Shown here piece after piece: positions 1 through 10,400 of a DNA stretch of 64,000 nt. Source of the stretch: Veleropilina oligotropha (lineage: Eukaryota). Within the stretch, counting starts at the first letter, position 1. Every line of letters begins with the position of its first letter. The stretch covers positions 186,001 to 250,000 of the forward strand of contig JBEUKZ010000016.1 in NCBI GenBank assembly GCA_048128005.1, given 5' to 3'. The notes under the pieces are model-generated. The model made no database searches, was not told where the DNA came from, and saw only the letters and a program-made list of their open reading frames with translations. A program made the position numbers and the translations under genes.

Positions 1-327
1 GAGTTTCCTGATATCGTCGCTTATCGCGAGTCGGGTCCCCTCTGGGACCACGATTCGGGCGAGCCCTGTAGCATGGCTTACGTATAGCTGTATGTTCTTT
101 AGCGACCTCTTCATCGTCTTGGCGAGGTCATCGAAGCTGTAGAAACCTGGCGGCACCTCGACCGTGGTATCGGGGGTCTTAAAGAAGGCTCCGGCGTGCA
201 CGTTGTGCCAGCCGACCCAATAGTCGAGCGACTGCAAGCTGACACATAGCTTGCCCTCCCGGTTATCAATCGGTTGAAGGAGGGCAACCGCGGTCCCATC
301 TTGAACACTCGTTAATGTATGGAACAT
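1..327 (-). CDS. Minor capsid (penton-like) protein, 5' part, element A
   Basis: ATG at 327 reads MFHTLTSVQDGTAVALLQPIDNREGKLCVSLQSLDYW and runs off the window; homologous to 14,272-15,006. Confidence 0.7.
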   Translation of the reverse strand, partial: MFHTLTSVQDGTAVALLQPIDNREGKLCVSLQSLDYWVGWHNVHAGAFFKTPDTTVEVPPGFYSFDDLAKTMKRSLKNIQLYVSHATGLARIVVPEGTRLAISDDIRKL

Positions 328-334
328 AGTAGCT

Positions 335-1617
335 ATGGCTAAGAGCGCCTTTGCGTTTAATACTATAGGAGTGCGGCCTATCCGAGCGGTGTGGTGTACC
401 CAGCACAGATCAAAGATGAGCAGCTTACGAGACCAAGCATCAATGTGGGTAATAGCTCAACCACTGCATTCGGGGCAGACTATCCCGACGTATTTCAAAA
501 GTATCGCCTCCCACATGTCGCGAGTGATCGGGTAATACGGGCTTGGCAGACCACGCCGATGCAGTTCTGGCAGAACAAGGTCAATTTCGCAGTCTGGTGT
601 GCTACAACAGGTTCCGGGATCTCCTCAGAAGACCACTTGAATGCGACCGACCCCCTCTCCACTGCTGTATTCACCTTCCACGTATACTACCAGGTCAGAA
701 GGATCTTGACCGAGATTCAGGCCCCGCTGCCTCAAGACGTGACGTGGGATGCATTCGACACCCCGTATGACCGAAGGGCATATGAAAAGATCTGCAGCGA
801 ATTCGGAGTGTCCCCACATACCGACTGGCGTGTCAAGGGTCCCAACGGCGGACTAGGCACCGCTTACAGCTACTGGACGAACAACGGCTACCACCCCATC
901 GGACGTGAGTATGATCCAAGCCGAATGTCCTTCACCAAAGGTACGACCAACACGAATCTGCACGTGGACTACATCGCGCAAGCGCCTGTGCTTTCAAACG
1001 GCTGGGCTTCCTTTATTCTGGACAAGTCGGCGGGATTCATGAGGGCCGGCGTGGAGAGGCTCAATGACTCCATCAGGACCTACGTCTGGGCGATTCTTGG
1101 AGCGCAGGCGCAGACACGTGCAAGTATTCTGGGGAGTGGGACGGCATTTGACGCACAGAAACAGTTTCTGGCCGACGTCGAAGACGCCATCGCATCGCCA
1201 GTGGACCTCCCATCAGCCATCAAACGGTACCAGGACGTTTTGCAGTATGCCAGGTCCAAGGTCGACTTCGTATTCGGCGTCGGCCTGTACATGGCGCCAA
1301 GTAACATGCTTCTACGGATCGGGCAGGTGGCTGGTTATAACAACGAGATCGTCGTCGCCACGGAAGACCAGACCCTAGGTCTTAATATGACGGTGAACGC
1401 GGCCAGTGTGCCGCCCAACGCCGCTGGGGAGACTGGAGAAACAGGATTGGTTATTCCACAAGACGCAGATGCAAGCATACCGGTAGTCACTCTGAAGCAT
1501 CCAAACGCTGAGCTGGCTGTAGCTGTTCCAGCGGTAGCTGTGGCACATGACGAGGAGAAAACCGCACTTATCGTGGGCGGCATTGTCGTTGGCCTAGCGT
1601 TCATCTGGCTTACGTGA
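335..1617 (+). pseudogene. Unknown viral protein with C-terminal TM helix, frameshifted, element A
   Basis: Homologue of intact 15,014-16,285; an extra 5 bp near 361-366 separates the MAKSAF start from the rest of the ORF. Confidence 0.75.
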
Positions 1618-2298
1618 CCCACTGTCTAGCGGCAATAAGAAGCAAGCCCCCAACAGATATAATCACAGCCCACAGATTCTCGGCGAGCCACGACGCAGTC
1701 TTGCCAACCAGATTGATTAGCCAGGAAATCAGGCTTCCAAGTATTCCGGGGAGCGCGGCTGCGGCCTTCCCCGCTAGTTTGCCTAGAATCCGACCCAGGG
1801 TCCGCAGCTGCTTTTTTACCCACTCCTTGACCCCCCCCCCCCCCCCCCCTGACCACTGGGAGGTGATGGTGGTTGTGGTATGCTCGGCGCTCCGCCTGTC
1901 AGGGCTAGTACCAAAGTCGAGATAGCCAACCCAATAGCGGTCAGTATGGTTGCGATTGTAACCCCCTGCTCGCGAAATAGGGTCCGGATACGCTCGGCCA
2001 GCGTTGTGTCAGAGTGGAGAATCCGATTTAGCATCTCTCGGATCCGGCTGATTTGAGAGCGAAGGGCCTCCCGGCTGGATCCGGCTGCCTCGAGGCGAGC
2101 TGCTCTCTCGTCATGTCCCTCCTCCGACAGGGCTTTGTAGTAGTCATCAACCGCGTCCTTCACGAACTCTTGCCGCTGACTGCTGGTTCCTTCCTGTGGC
2201 CGTTCCGAAAGAACAGGCTCAATCCAGTCCGTGGATCCAACCTCACCATCATCGTCGATGATGTCGGGCTCGAATGTGGGGTTCTCAAATTCCGCCAT
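1610..2298 (-). pseudogene. Coiled-coil/amphipathic membrane protein, internally deleted and frameshifted, element A
   Basis: MAEFENPTFEPD start; lacks about 580 bp present in B (junction near 2,112); frame broken at the C-run 1,831-1,849. Confidence 0.7.
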
Positions 2299-2337
2299 TT
2301 GAATACACCGGTGGGGTACGCATCTAATTCAGACAAC

Positions 2338-3642
2338 ATGGCCAGCACGTATGGACGCACGTTGAATCCATACCGCAGACTTCGAGAGCCCCTCGGGGTC
2401 AAGGGTATCCGGCAGTCGGTCACCATAACGAACAACCCCTCCACTATTGCTGCCAACCAGCAGCTGTTGGTTCGGTTCCCTAATCTCGGGACTCACGACG
2501 TGATCGTGCCAGGGACGGCCCACCTCGCATTTACCATTTCTCTGACCTCGGCTAACCCGAACAGAACTGTAGTTCAGAATATCGGACGCGCCGTGATAAA
2601 AAAGACCACGATTAAGATTAGTGGGAACGAAGTCATGTCTATAGATGACTCCGACGTGTACCACTGCTACTGCGATCTCTGGAAGACCGCAGGGGAGCGC
2701 AAGAATGCCCAATATCAGGGTATTGATACCAGCGACAGCCACAACACTACGAAGAACCGTGTCGGCGCTGAGGGCGCATTCAGACGTTCTGAGGACACAG
2801 CTATATCGGACGCGTACGGCCCAAGGTTTCGCATCCCGCTGGACTTCGAGTTGCTGGAGAGCCACATGCCGTTCTACCAAAGTGCTTTGGGGGACCGTCT
2901 TGAGTACGAGCTTACGTTCAACGACTACTCCCGGACAATCAGGGACACCGATGACCCCAGCTCCAGCTACGTCATCGACAATATCAGCCTGGAATACGAC
3001 ATGGACACTAATCTTGAGCTTGCCAGATCGATAAAAAACCAATACTCGGGCCGCCTCGTGATCCTGTACGATCGTGTCCTGCGGCATCGTAAGATTACGA
3101 GAGACAAGAGTGACACTTTGTGGAATTTAAATTTGAATGTACCGGCGAAATCCATGAAGGGTATCCTATTTCTGTTCGAGGATCCCGCGAGAGAAGCCGT
3201 ACCATTCGCGAGGGACACCGAGGCCTTCTACAATCCGAAGATCACGAAGGTCGAGGTCACTATTGAGGTTGTGCCGAATCAACTATACAGCCAGGGCATG
3301 CGTTCCTACCAGATGTGGGACGAAGCCAGGAGATTCTTCGCCTCCTCTCCGATCAGCAAACGCCATCCTGAGGTCGCGATGGTTGCCAAGGACTTGGCGC
3401 TGGCGGACGTCACCCTGGGCGAGTTTCTGACGAAAAAGTTCGCACTCTGGATCGACCTCAGAGTTACCGACGACGACGAGCTGCATGGATCAGGCCGGAA
3501 AGTAGATAACGCCAGCGAGGGCATTACGATTCAGATCACGAAGACAGGCGAAGCCGCCGGCCCGTTGAACGTCTACATGTTCGTGATAATGGACGCGCAG
3601 CTGCATATTGAAAATGGCCGATTTGTCACCGCGCTGTACTAG
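2338..3642 (+). CDS. Major capsid protein (double jelly-roll, inferred), element A
   Basis: 434 aa, beta-rich, directly upstream of the packaging ATPase; same length and start as the B copy with mostly synonymous differences. Confidence 0.75.
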   Translation: MASTYGRTLNPYRRLREPLGVKGIRQSVTITNNPSTIAANQQLLVRFPNLGTHDVIVPGTAHLAFTISLTSANPNRTVVQNIGRAVIKKTTIKISGNEVMSIDDSDVYHCYCDLWKTAGERKNAQYQGIDTSDSHNTTKNRVGAEGAFRRSEDTAISDAYGPRFRIPLDFELLESHMPFYQSALGDRLEYELTFNDYSRTIRDTDDPSSSYVIDNISLEYDMDTNLELARSIKNQYSGRLVILYDRVLRHRKITRDKSDTLWNLNLNVPAKSMKGILFLFEDPAREAVPFARDTEAFYNPKITKVEVTIEVVPNQLYSQGMRSYQMWDEARRFFASSPISKRHPEVAMVAKDLALADVTLGEFLTKKFALWIDLRVTDDDELHGSGRKVDNASEGITIQITKTGEAAGPLNVYMFVIMDAQLHIENGRFVTALY

Positions 3643-4249
3643 TAGACGGTTCCCCCACCCCAATGACCCCCACTCCGCGATCATCTGCGGCCAGACCGGC
3701 TGCGGGAAGACCTTGTTTATACTTGAACTTCTCGAGGGGGAGTACTTAGGAGTGTTCAAGCACATTGTCATTCTATGCCCAACGATCAAGTTCAATCAGG
3801 CATACCAGTCATGCCCATGGATCTGGACCGACCCTGAGGTGTACTTGATCCCCCCCGGTGAGCGGCTCCATGATTGGTTGCGGGGGTTCTACCGACTGTT
3901 CCAGGGGGAGCCGACTCTGTACATCATCGACGACTGCGCCGCCAGCAAAGCCCTAGCCAAGAGGAGGGATATGTTGACTTTGTTGGCCTTCAGCGGAAGG
4001 CACGCCGAACAGAGCGTATGGGTAGTGACGCAAAAATACAACTCGGTCTTGAAGGAACTCGGAGAGCAGACCCGCTGGGTCGCGCTGTTCCATTGCAAGG
4101 ACCGCGACAGTTTCGAGGAATGTCTGCGCGAGAACGATGTTATCTCATCCTGCGACGAGAAAACCGCAGTGCGCCGGCTTTTGGCCGAGACCAAGCATGC
4201 CAAGCTTCTGTTGAAAACTGATCAGCCCGTTGCTTATAGTGTGCTATAG
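3614..4249 (+). CDS. A32/FtsK-family genome packaging ATPase, element A
   Basis: Walker A GQTGCGKT, Walker B YIIDD, SGRH and VVTQ motifs. Confidence 0.9.
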   Translation: MADLSPRCTSRRFPHPNDPHSAIICGQTGCGKTLFILELLEGEYLGVFKHIVILCPTIKFNQAYQSCPWIWTDPEVYLIPPGERLHDWLRGFYRLFQGEPTLYIIDDCAASKALAKRRDMLTLLAFSGRHAEQSVWVVTQKYNSVLKELGEQTRWVALFHCKDRDSFEECLRENDVISSCDEKTAVRRLLAETKHAKLLLKTDQPVAYSVL

Positions 4250-4290
4250 CTACCCAGCAGATGCTAAGTAGCTGCCCAGCAAGCTCTCGC

Positions 4291-5046
4291 ATGTCGGACG
4301 CTGTATATCTAGCTTTTGCTTGCAGCCAGAGCCTGGTATTGTTGCTACTCGTAACGTTGTGGTATTGGCATTATCGCTATATTAGACTGGCGAGGAGATG
4401 TTGGAAACGCTTAAGGATGGACAGCCTTATCGATCAACTCATGGACGACGAGGAAGAAACGACCGTGGGCGGCCATGGCTCGACGACCAAACGCTGCTCG
4501 CAGCACGAGGAACCTGTCAGTGGCTCCATAGGGATGGCAAAGAAACGGGAGAGGCTTGCCGCGTTAGCCATCGGAGGGGATGCCAGCAAATACTTGGGGA
4601 GAAACCTCACGGTTGACCGAATCGACGATATGACTGACGACGAGGTTGAGAAACACCACGCACGGTATGAAGCGAAGCTAGGTGCTGACATGACGAAGAC
4701 CCTGGGGACTGCCGCTATACAGCTGTATGCGGGTGCAGCTGGGATGTTCTTGCCCATTCCGCCGGAGAACCAACGACGTCTGGTCGCTGACCTCGAGGCC
4801 GATCCTTTCATCGCCCATGCTCTCCGCGGTGCAAGCTGTGAGCTGTATTATAAGTATGGCATGTGGCTAGCGCCGCTGACCGCCGTGTTGACCACTGCGA
4901 AACACTGCCAATTTGGACATGTTTGCCCGCCTAAAATATCAGAGCGACAGCGAGATCAAGATGACAACGCTGGAAGTGGACCAAATTTCGGCACCGAGCC
5001 CGCCGATAGAGAGGGTGACTTCTTCGACAGACTCATCAGTGAGTAA
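4291..5046 (+). CDS. Hypothetical viral protein with N-terminal TM segment, element A
   Basis: Hydrophobic LVLLLLVTLWYW followed by a basic stretch; conserved in B. Confidence 0.7.
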   Translation: MSDAVYLAFACSQSLVLLLLVTLWYWHYRYIRLARRCWKRLRMDSLIDQLMDDEEETTVGGHGSTTKRCSQHEEPVSGSIGMAKKRERLAALAIGGDASKYLGRNLTVDRIDDMTDDEVEKHHARYEAKLGADMTKTLGTAAIQLYAGAAGMFLPIPPENQRRLVADLEADPFIAHALRGASCELYYKYGMWLAPLTAVLTTAKHCQFGHVCPPKISERQRDQDDNAGSGPNFGTEPADREGDFFDRLISE

Positions 5047-5467
5047 AAAGGACCCTAAGAAGGTGGCAGCGGGTCGGGCCGGTGCTGCTGCTCGGAAAGT
5101 CAAGCAGGAGAGGCTCCTTGCTGACGTTAGAAGACTCAAAGAAGACGCTCGACAAGTATCCGTCAGCGAAGTTCCTTCAGACCTACCGGAGGCACAGCCC
5201 CAACAACAAAAACACAGTGGTAATACCCCGGCCGAGGTGACCGCGGTCGAAAAGTCAGCTACACGGAAATCGGACCCAAAATTTAATTGGACCCAGGTAG
5301 CCGTTGCTGCCGGTACGGTTGCGTTGTTATTTGTTATCTGGAAACGCAGCAACCCTGGTCCATCCACACCACATCAACAGCCACCAGTCGCGGACGCCAG
5401 GCAGCCCCCGCCCACCCCAACCACCACCGAATTGAAGACTAGGCACAACCCGTTCCATATGCGATAG
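4961..5467 (+). CDS. Hypothetical basic/coiled-coil protein with TM helix, element A
   Basis: KKDPKKVAAGRAGAAARK motif and TM VAVAAGTVALLFVIW; frame preserved in B despite indels. Confidence 0.7.
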   Translation: MTTLEVDQISAPSPPIERVTSSTDSSVSKKDPKKVAAGRAGAAARKVKQERLLADVRRLKEDARQVSVSEVPSDLPEAQPQQQKHSGNTPAEVTAVEKSATRKSDPKFNWTQVAVAAGTVALLFVIWKRSNPGPSTPHQQPPVADARQPPPTPTTTELKTRHNPFHMR

Positions 5468-5481
5468 TCTCAGTACGAAAC

Positions 5482-5721
5482 ATGACTACCCCGATTACTG
5501 ATGGAAAGATGCTCGGCAATGCTGTATATCACGCAGCTATAGTGTCAGGCCTTGCCATAGGCTACGCACGCCTGGGAAAAATGGCCTTCAAGGGAGCGAG
5601 CCCCAAACTTGACTTCACGGGTTACGACGTCGGGATGGTCGTCCTCGACGTAGCGCTCGCCATGGCGACGAAGGACATGCTGATCAAGCAAGGCATCATT
5701 CCGGCCGACGTTTTGAAGTAG
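5482..5721 (+). CDS. Small hydrophobic viral protein (79 aa), element A
   Basis: One amino-acid difference from the B copy despite several synonymous changes. Confidence 0.75.
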   Translation: MTTPITDGKMLGNAVYHAAIVSGLAIGYARLGKMAFKGASPKLDFTGYDVGMVVLDVALAMATKDMLIKQGIIPADVLK

Positions 5722-5752
5722 TGGGACCTTGCTAGATAATCGCAGCATTTCA

Positions 5753-6184
5753 ATGGCTTCCATTGCGATGCTGGTTGGGGGCGCTCTCGTCAACGCCCTC
5801 GCCTTCAGCGGCTCCAACTTCCTCTTCTCGAAGCTACGCAGCTCCGGTGTTGATGCGGAGCGTAAACGTCACGACCATGCTGTAGAGCAGCTCAACGCCG
5901 CTCAGACTAAATGGTCCCAAAAGAGGGCAGAGCGTCTCGACTGGCTGAACGTTGAACTTCGCCGCCAGGGTCACGCTGTTGGGACATTCCGAGATGTTGA
6001 CGCCGCTATCCGTGAGTATGCATTGATCACCGGCAAGAACCTTGACCCCACCGCCATGGGAGGTGGCCCTGAGCCCCAGCTGTCCGACTACTACATGCCG
6101 AGCGATGACCAAAAGGGACGTGAGATCACCTTCATCATCCTCGGGATGGCTGCGACCGGGTTGGTAGCCTACAAGCTCGCCTAA
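5753..6184 (+). CDS. Viral protein with hydrophobic termini and central coiled coil, element A
   Basis: MASIAMLVGGALVNALAF ... ITFIILGMAATGLVAYKLA; conserved in B. Confidence 0.75.
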   Translation: MASIAMLVGGALVNALAFSGSNFLFSKLRSSGVDAERKRHDHAVEQLNAAQTKWSQKRAERLDWLNVELRRQGHAVGTFRDVDAAIREYALITGKNLDPTAMGGGPEPQLSDYYMPSDDQKGREITFIILGMAATGLVAYKLA

Positions 6185-6226
6185 TTATTTCTATAGTGAA
6201 CATTTTTTTCGTGGGCATGTATAATA

Positions 6227-6457
6227 ATGGGGCTCCCAGAAGAGCTGTACTGCGCCATGCTTGCGGTCAGCGGGGTGGGCTATAGTACTACGTCACTCGA
6301 CTGCTGGCGCCGCGACGAAAAGACTATGGTGCGGTTCGCGGTCCTGGTGCTCTCGGGCCCGACCAACCTTTGGGAGACGACTGCGCAGCGACCGGCTCCG
6401 GAAGCTGAAGCCTGTTGGAGACTGATCAGTTTACTGGAATACATTGCTGATGGATAG
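6227..6457 (+). CDS. Hypothetical 76-aa protein upstream of integrase, element A
   Basis: ATG-initiated, same length in both copies, overlaps the integrase start; no recognisable motif. Confidence 0.4.
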   Translation: MGLPEELYCAMLAVSGVGYSTTSLDCWRRDEKTMVRFAVLVLSGPTNLWETTAQRPAPEAEACWRLISLLEYIADG

Positions 6458-7448
6458 TAAGCTTGCGAGGATATACTACAGCCCTAAGGGCTACTGGAAA
6501 GGCATTGCCGCGATAAAGAAACTAGCTGAGGCTGCCAAGGCGTCTGAAGTGGAGGCCCGGACATGGCTTAAGAGGCAGGCTATATGGCAGATCTATTTAC
6601 CTGCGCCACGGCGGATTCCAAGACCACGGTTTGACGTTACGACGCCGAACGAGGTTCACCAAGCCGATCTCCTGTTTCTCCCCCACGACAAGGTCAGTCG
6701 TACAACGTATAAGTACGCTTTGACTGTGGTTGATGTGGCCAGTCGCTTTAAAGAAGCTGAGCCATTGGCCACAAAAGAGGCCAGAGGGGTTGCAGAAGCT
6801 CTATCTCGAATCTACAGGCGGAGTCCTCTTAGCTGGCCGAAATTGCTTCAGGTTGATCCAGGGCGAGAGTTTATGGGTACGGTTTCCCAGCTGCTAGCAA
6901 AGAATAACGTCGAGGTTAGGCGTGGCCATGTGGATATCCATCGCGATCAGGGCATTGTGGAGCGCTTCAACCGGACGCTCGCTGAGAGGCTCTTCGGGCA
7001 CCAGTATGCAACAGAGATGCGGTTTGCAGAGTCTGCGAAAGAGGGTCAAAGGTCAACTGAGTGGGTCGCCCGGTTACCGGCCGTAGTTGCGGCCTTGAAT
7101 GGGGAAGTGACCAGGCTGACCGGTAAAAAGCCCAAGGACGCCATCAAGGCACCTCGCGTTGCCCAAAAGCCAGGCGCCACTGTTCCAGACCGACAGGGGA
7201 AGGAACAGAAACTCCCCTCTGATGTAGATGTTCGTTACCTTTACTACGATGGTGAGCTGGAGGGGGGTCGTCGCCGTGCTACTGACCCGGTGTGGTCTCT
7301 AAAAGTTTACAGGCTTGGACGCTCCATCACTAAGCCTGACGAGCCTGTGCTCTACTACTTGCTGGATGGACCACCGCGTGGCTTCGTTCGTGAGGAACTG
7401 CTCGTGGTGCCTCGTGATACCCAGCTGCCGCCGGTTCTCAGGCGTTAG
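6450..7448 (+). CDS. Retroviral-like (rve, DDE) integrase, element A
   Basis: HQADL (D), LTVVDVASRF, LQVDPGREF (D), GIVERFNRTL (E); no chromodomain seen. Confidence 0.93.
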   Translation: MDSKLARIYYSPKGYWKGIAAIKKLAEAAKASEVEARTWLKRQAIWQIYLPAPRRIPRPRFDVTTPNEVHQADLLFLPHDKVSRTTYKYALTVVDVASRFKEAEPLATKEARGVAEALSRIYRRSPLSWPKLLQVDPGREFMGTVSQLLAKNNVEVRRGHVDIHRDQGIVERFNRTLAERLFGHQYATEMRFAESAKEGQRSTEWVARLPAVVAALNGEVTRLTGKKPKDAIKAPRVAQKPGATVPDRQGKEQKLPSDVDVRYLYYDGELEGGRRRATDPVWSLKVYRLGRSITKPDEPVLYYLLDGPPRGFVREELLVVPRDTQLPPVLRR

Positions 7449-10400
7449 CAGCTGCTGCTCCCTCGTTTTCGGTTACATTCCAGACACGTTAAGCGCACGT
7501 TGTCGCGGATGTGGCCCCTGCTGTTGTCCACACGGTCGACACTGAACTGCTGTGTGTCTTTGGGCTGGTAGGCCCAGAACAGCTCTATGTTGCATGCCGC
7601 GCAGCGGTTGTTTTGGGCGTCTTTGAGCTGCAGGATGTTATCGACCTTCAGGTTAAACCCCGGGAGACCCTTGGCCTGGTCCTGGCGTTTGTACGCCACA
7701 AGCTTTTTCTGGATGGTCTTTCGGAGCTGTTGCTCGGTTTGGGGCGGCCTGTCCTCAGCACCCTCATCCGGAGGACAGGTTACCCGTTCGAGCTGATGCA
7801 GATGCTCCACTTGGGACACGGCTAGGTAGGCGAGATTACTCCACTGAAGGTAGTCGTCGATGATCCAGACTTTCTGTGGGTCGTGAATCGTAAGACCCTG
7901 GCTCGAATGGATGGTGAGAGCATAGCCCAGGCGCCAATCCGGGGTCAGGATAGCCCTCTCAGCGGCGTCAATGGTGACCTCTACGACGTCGTTCAGAACT
8001 AGCTCCTCTCTTTCGTCGGTGCCCGGAATCGTTACCATGATGTTTTGCTTACGGGTGTCCCTGGGGTGGTAAAGGATAGGTACCGGGGAGTCTGGGAAGT
8101 GCTCCTTGTGCCTCTGGAGCAACAGCTGTTGAGCCCGTTCGCGGACCTTCTGACGGCTGGTGAGGATTAGGTCGCCTGGCCTCCAGGTGTTGACGAACCG
8201 ATCCCATCCAAGGCAGCTGGGGAGGGTCTTACGCATCTCGCCGCACTGGACTTTGTCGGGCTGGAGACGTATCAGTCTTTTCAGGGCTTGGAGGGCAGGG
8301 TCGTCTTTCGCCCTGAAGTCTACTTCGATCTCTTCATAGTAGTCCGCGGTCTGTCGCAGCCAATCGTGCGTCATCTCGCCCGTAATCGGTGGTGGCTGGC
8401 CTTGATCGCCACAGCAGATAACCTGAACTTCGTGCTGGCCCAGCCAGTCCAAGAACATCTCGAGGATGTGCCGGGGAACTGTGCAGACCTCGTCCCAGAT
8501 AATGACGCGCGGGATGAACTTCTGACCCATGCGATCAGGCGTCCAGTCGTTCTGGCCGCTCCATCGGAAGAAGCTGTGGTAGGTCTGGGCTTTGACACCT
8601 CGGGTCCGCATTTCCTTGGCGAGGCGGTGGGTAGGCGTGAACACAATGGGGTTTCTCGCCCGAAAGAGCTCGATCGCTCTCGTAGTCTTGCCACAGCCCC
8701 CTCCACCATTGAGGTAACTCAGGCGATGATGGGTCAGCGTGTCACTGTAGCATGGCGCGGTGCTTGGCGGGAGGTCCTTCTCGGACTGCGTGTACTCCGG
8801 CTTGGGCAGGTATGCGGCATGTTCCTGTGGCATATACAGCTGTTCGCCCTTGTCACGCCACTGGGCTGGTGCTACTGGCGGAAGGTACGTCTCCCCGATC
8901 AGACAGGAGATGCAAGATTTCTCGCCACAGTCGCAGAGTTGGGGGGCAACGTACACCGTGACATCGTCGAGCTTCTCCAACGAGGCCTTCTTGAGGTAGA
9001 TGCTGTCAGTGGCTACCTGGACGGCTTCTGCTGCACTGAAACGCTGGAGCATGCTCAAGAGGTTTATGTGGGCATAGGCCAACATGCTGGCCCTCAGGTG
9101 GGCGTACTGTGGCTGAGAGCCATCATAGTACGTGAGGATGTGACCCATAGGGCACCTTTGAGGTGCGCCGACCAGGGTACCGCTTTGGCGGGTGTCTCTT
9201 ACCAGGAAGTCCAGCTCTCCCTGGTCTATCACCAGTCTACGAGTCAATCGTTTACCGTCTGCTTTGGCGCCTTGGGTGAACTTGCCGATAATGCTGCAGC
9301 CCTGGTCACGGTTCTCAGGAAGCCAGACATCGGTCTGCTTTCTGAATGCGATGATGGCCTCTCGGATCTTGAGGCTTTTTAGCAGTCCAGAGTCTATGAG
9401 GTAGGTGAGCAGAGGCGTCGGTGCCCATCCATTCTCTGCAAAGTGCTTTCCGAACCAGGCGGGAATGACGGGGTGGATGTCTTGTGCGAACTCCCACCCC
9501 ACGACCTCAGCAAACCCGGTGCCGATATCGTCGGGAAGAGGACCGTTAATTGCGACCCGGGTCATGCTGTGGAGTGGGTGTCCGAATCTTTCGAAATAGG
9601 GCTTAGCCTCGCCCTTCCCCAGAAAGCTGGCAGGGTAGCAGGCTTTCATGTCGATGCAGCAGATATCTCTCATGTCATAGCCCATGGAATTCCAGAGACT
9701 GCCGTGGCCATGCTCTACACAGGCCTTCTGGATATCATCGAGCAGGCCCGCTGGGGTCGGTTTCCAGCCGTTGGTCTCCTTGGCTATAATGCTAGCTGCA
9801 TGGTTCACGCCAAAGGCTCGATCGGCAAGAGACTCGTTCCCCAGCGCTGTACAGGCTTCTTGAAGTCTCTCGTGATCATCTTTCGTCCTGTACGTGCGGC
9901 CGTCCTGAAGCACGAACTGGTTCACGTTGAGCTGTCGGTCTGTACCGCCAAGGAGCCAGACAGCTAATGGCTCATTCTGTGTGGCTTGTCGGATAGCTTC
10001 CCAGACATCACCCTCATACAGGTGGACCTCGCGAGACTGCGGAAAGTGTAGGTCCTTGGACCAGGCGTGGCCGTTGTGACAGATGAGTTCTACGTTTCTG
10101 AATGTATGGTTTCCTTGACCACGGTATTTACCACTGTTGTAGATGTCGGCACCTGCGATGTCTCTCAAGACAATCGCCCGCTTCAGTATCTTCTCGAGGA
10201 TGGATATATCATCCACAGTGGCGCCTGTTTCGTGGACTCGCTCTTCCCACTCCTGTATTTTTCGTCTTCGTATCGGAGTTAGTCCGTTTCCTCTCATGGC
10301 ACCTTCAAAGTGCTCAACCACTCTCTGGGCAACGCAGTTGAGATCGCCGTTCTTCATTGGAACCAGGTTGGCGGGGTTTGGCTCTCTGAGAGGGTAGAGG

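Noticed and set aside
2053..2337. 95-aa N-terminal extension of the MCP in the ORF track
   Set aside because: Absent in B, overlaps the opposite-strand gene and spans a deletion junction; ATG 2,338 matches the B start.
8288..9382. 364-aa plus-strand ORF, also open at 23,545-24,639
   Set aside because: Antisense shadow of the replication gene; non-ATG start, and A/B differences are largely synonymous in the minus frame but amino-acid changing here.
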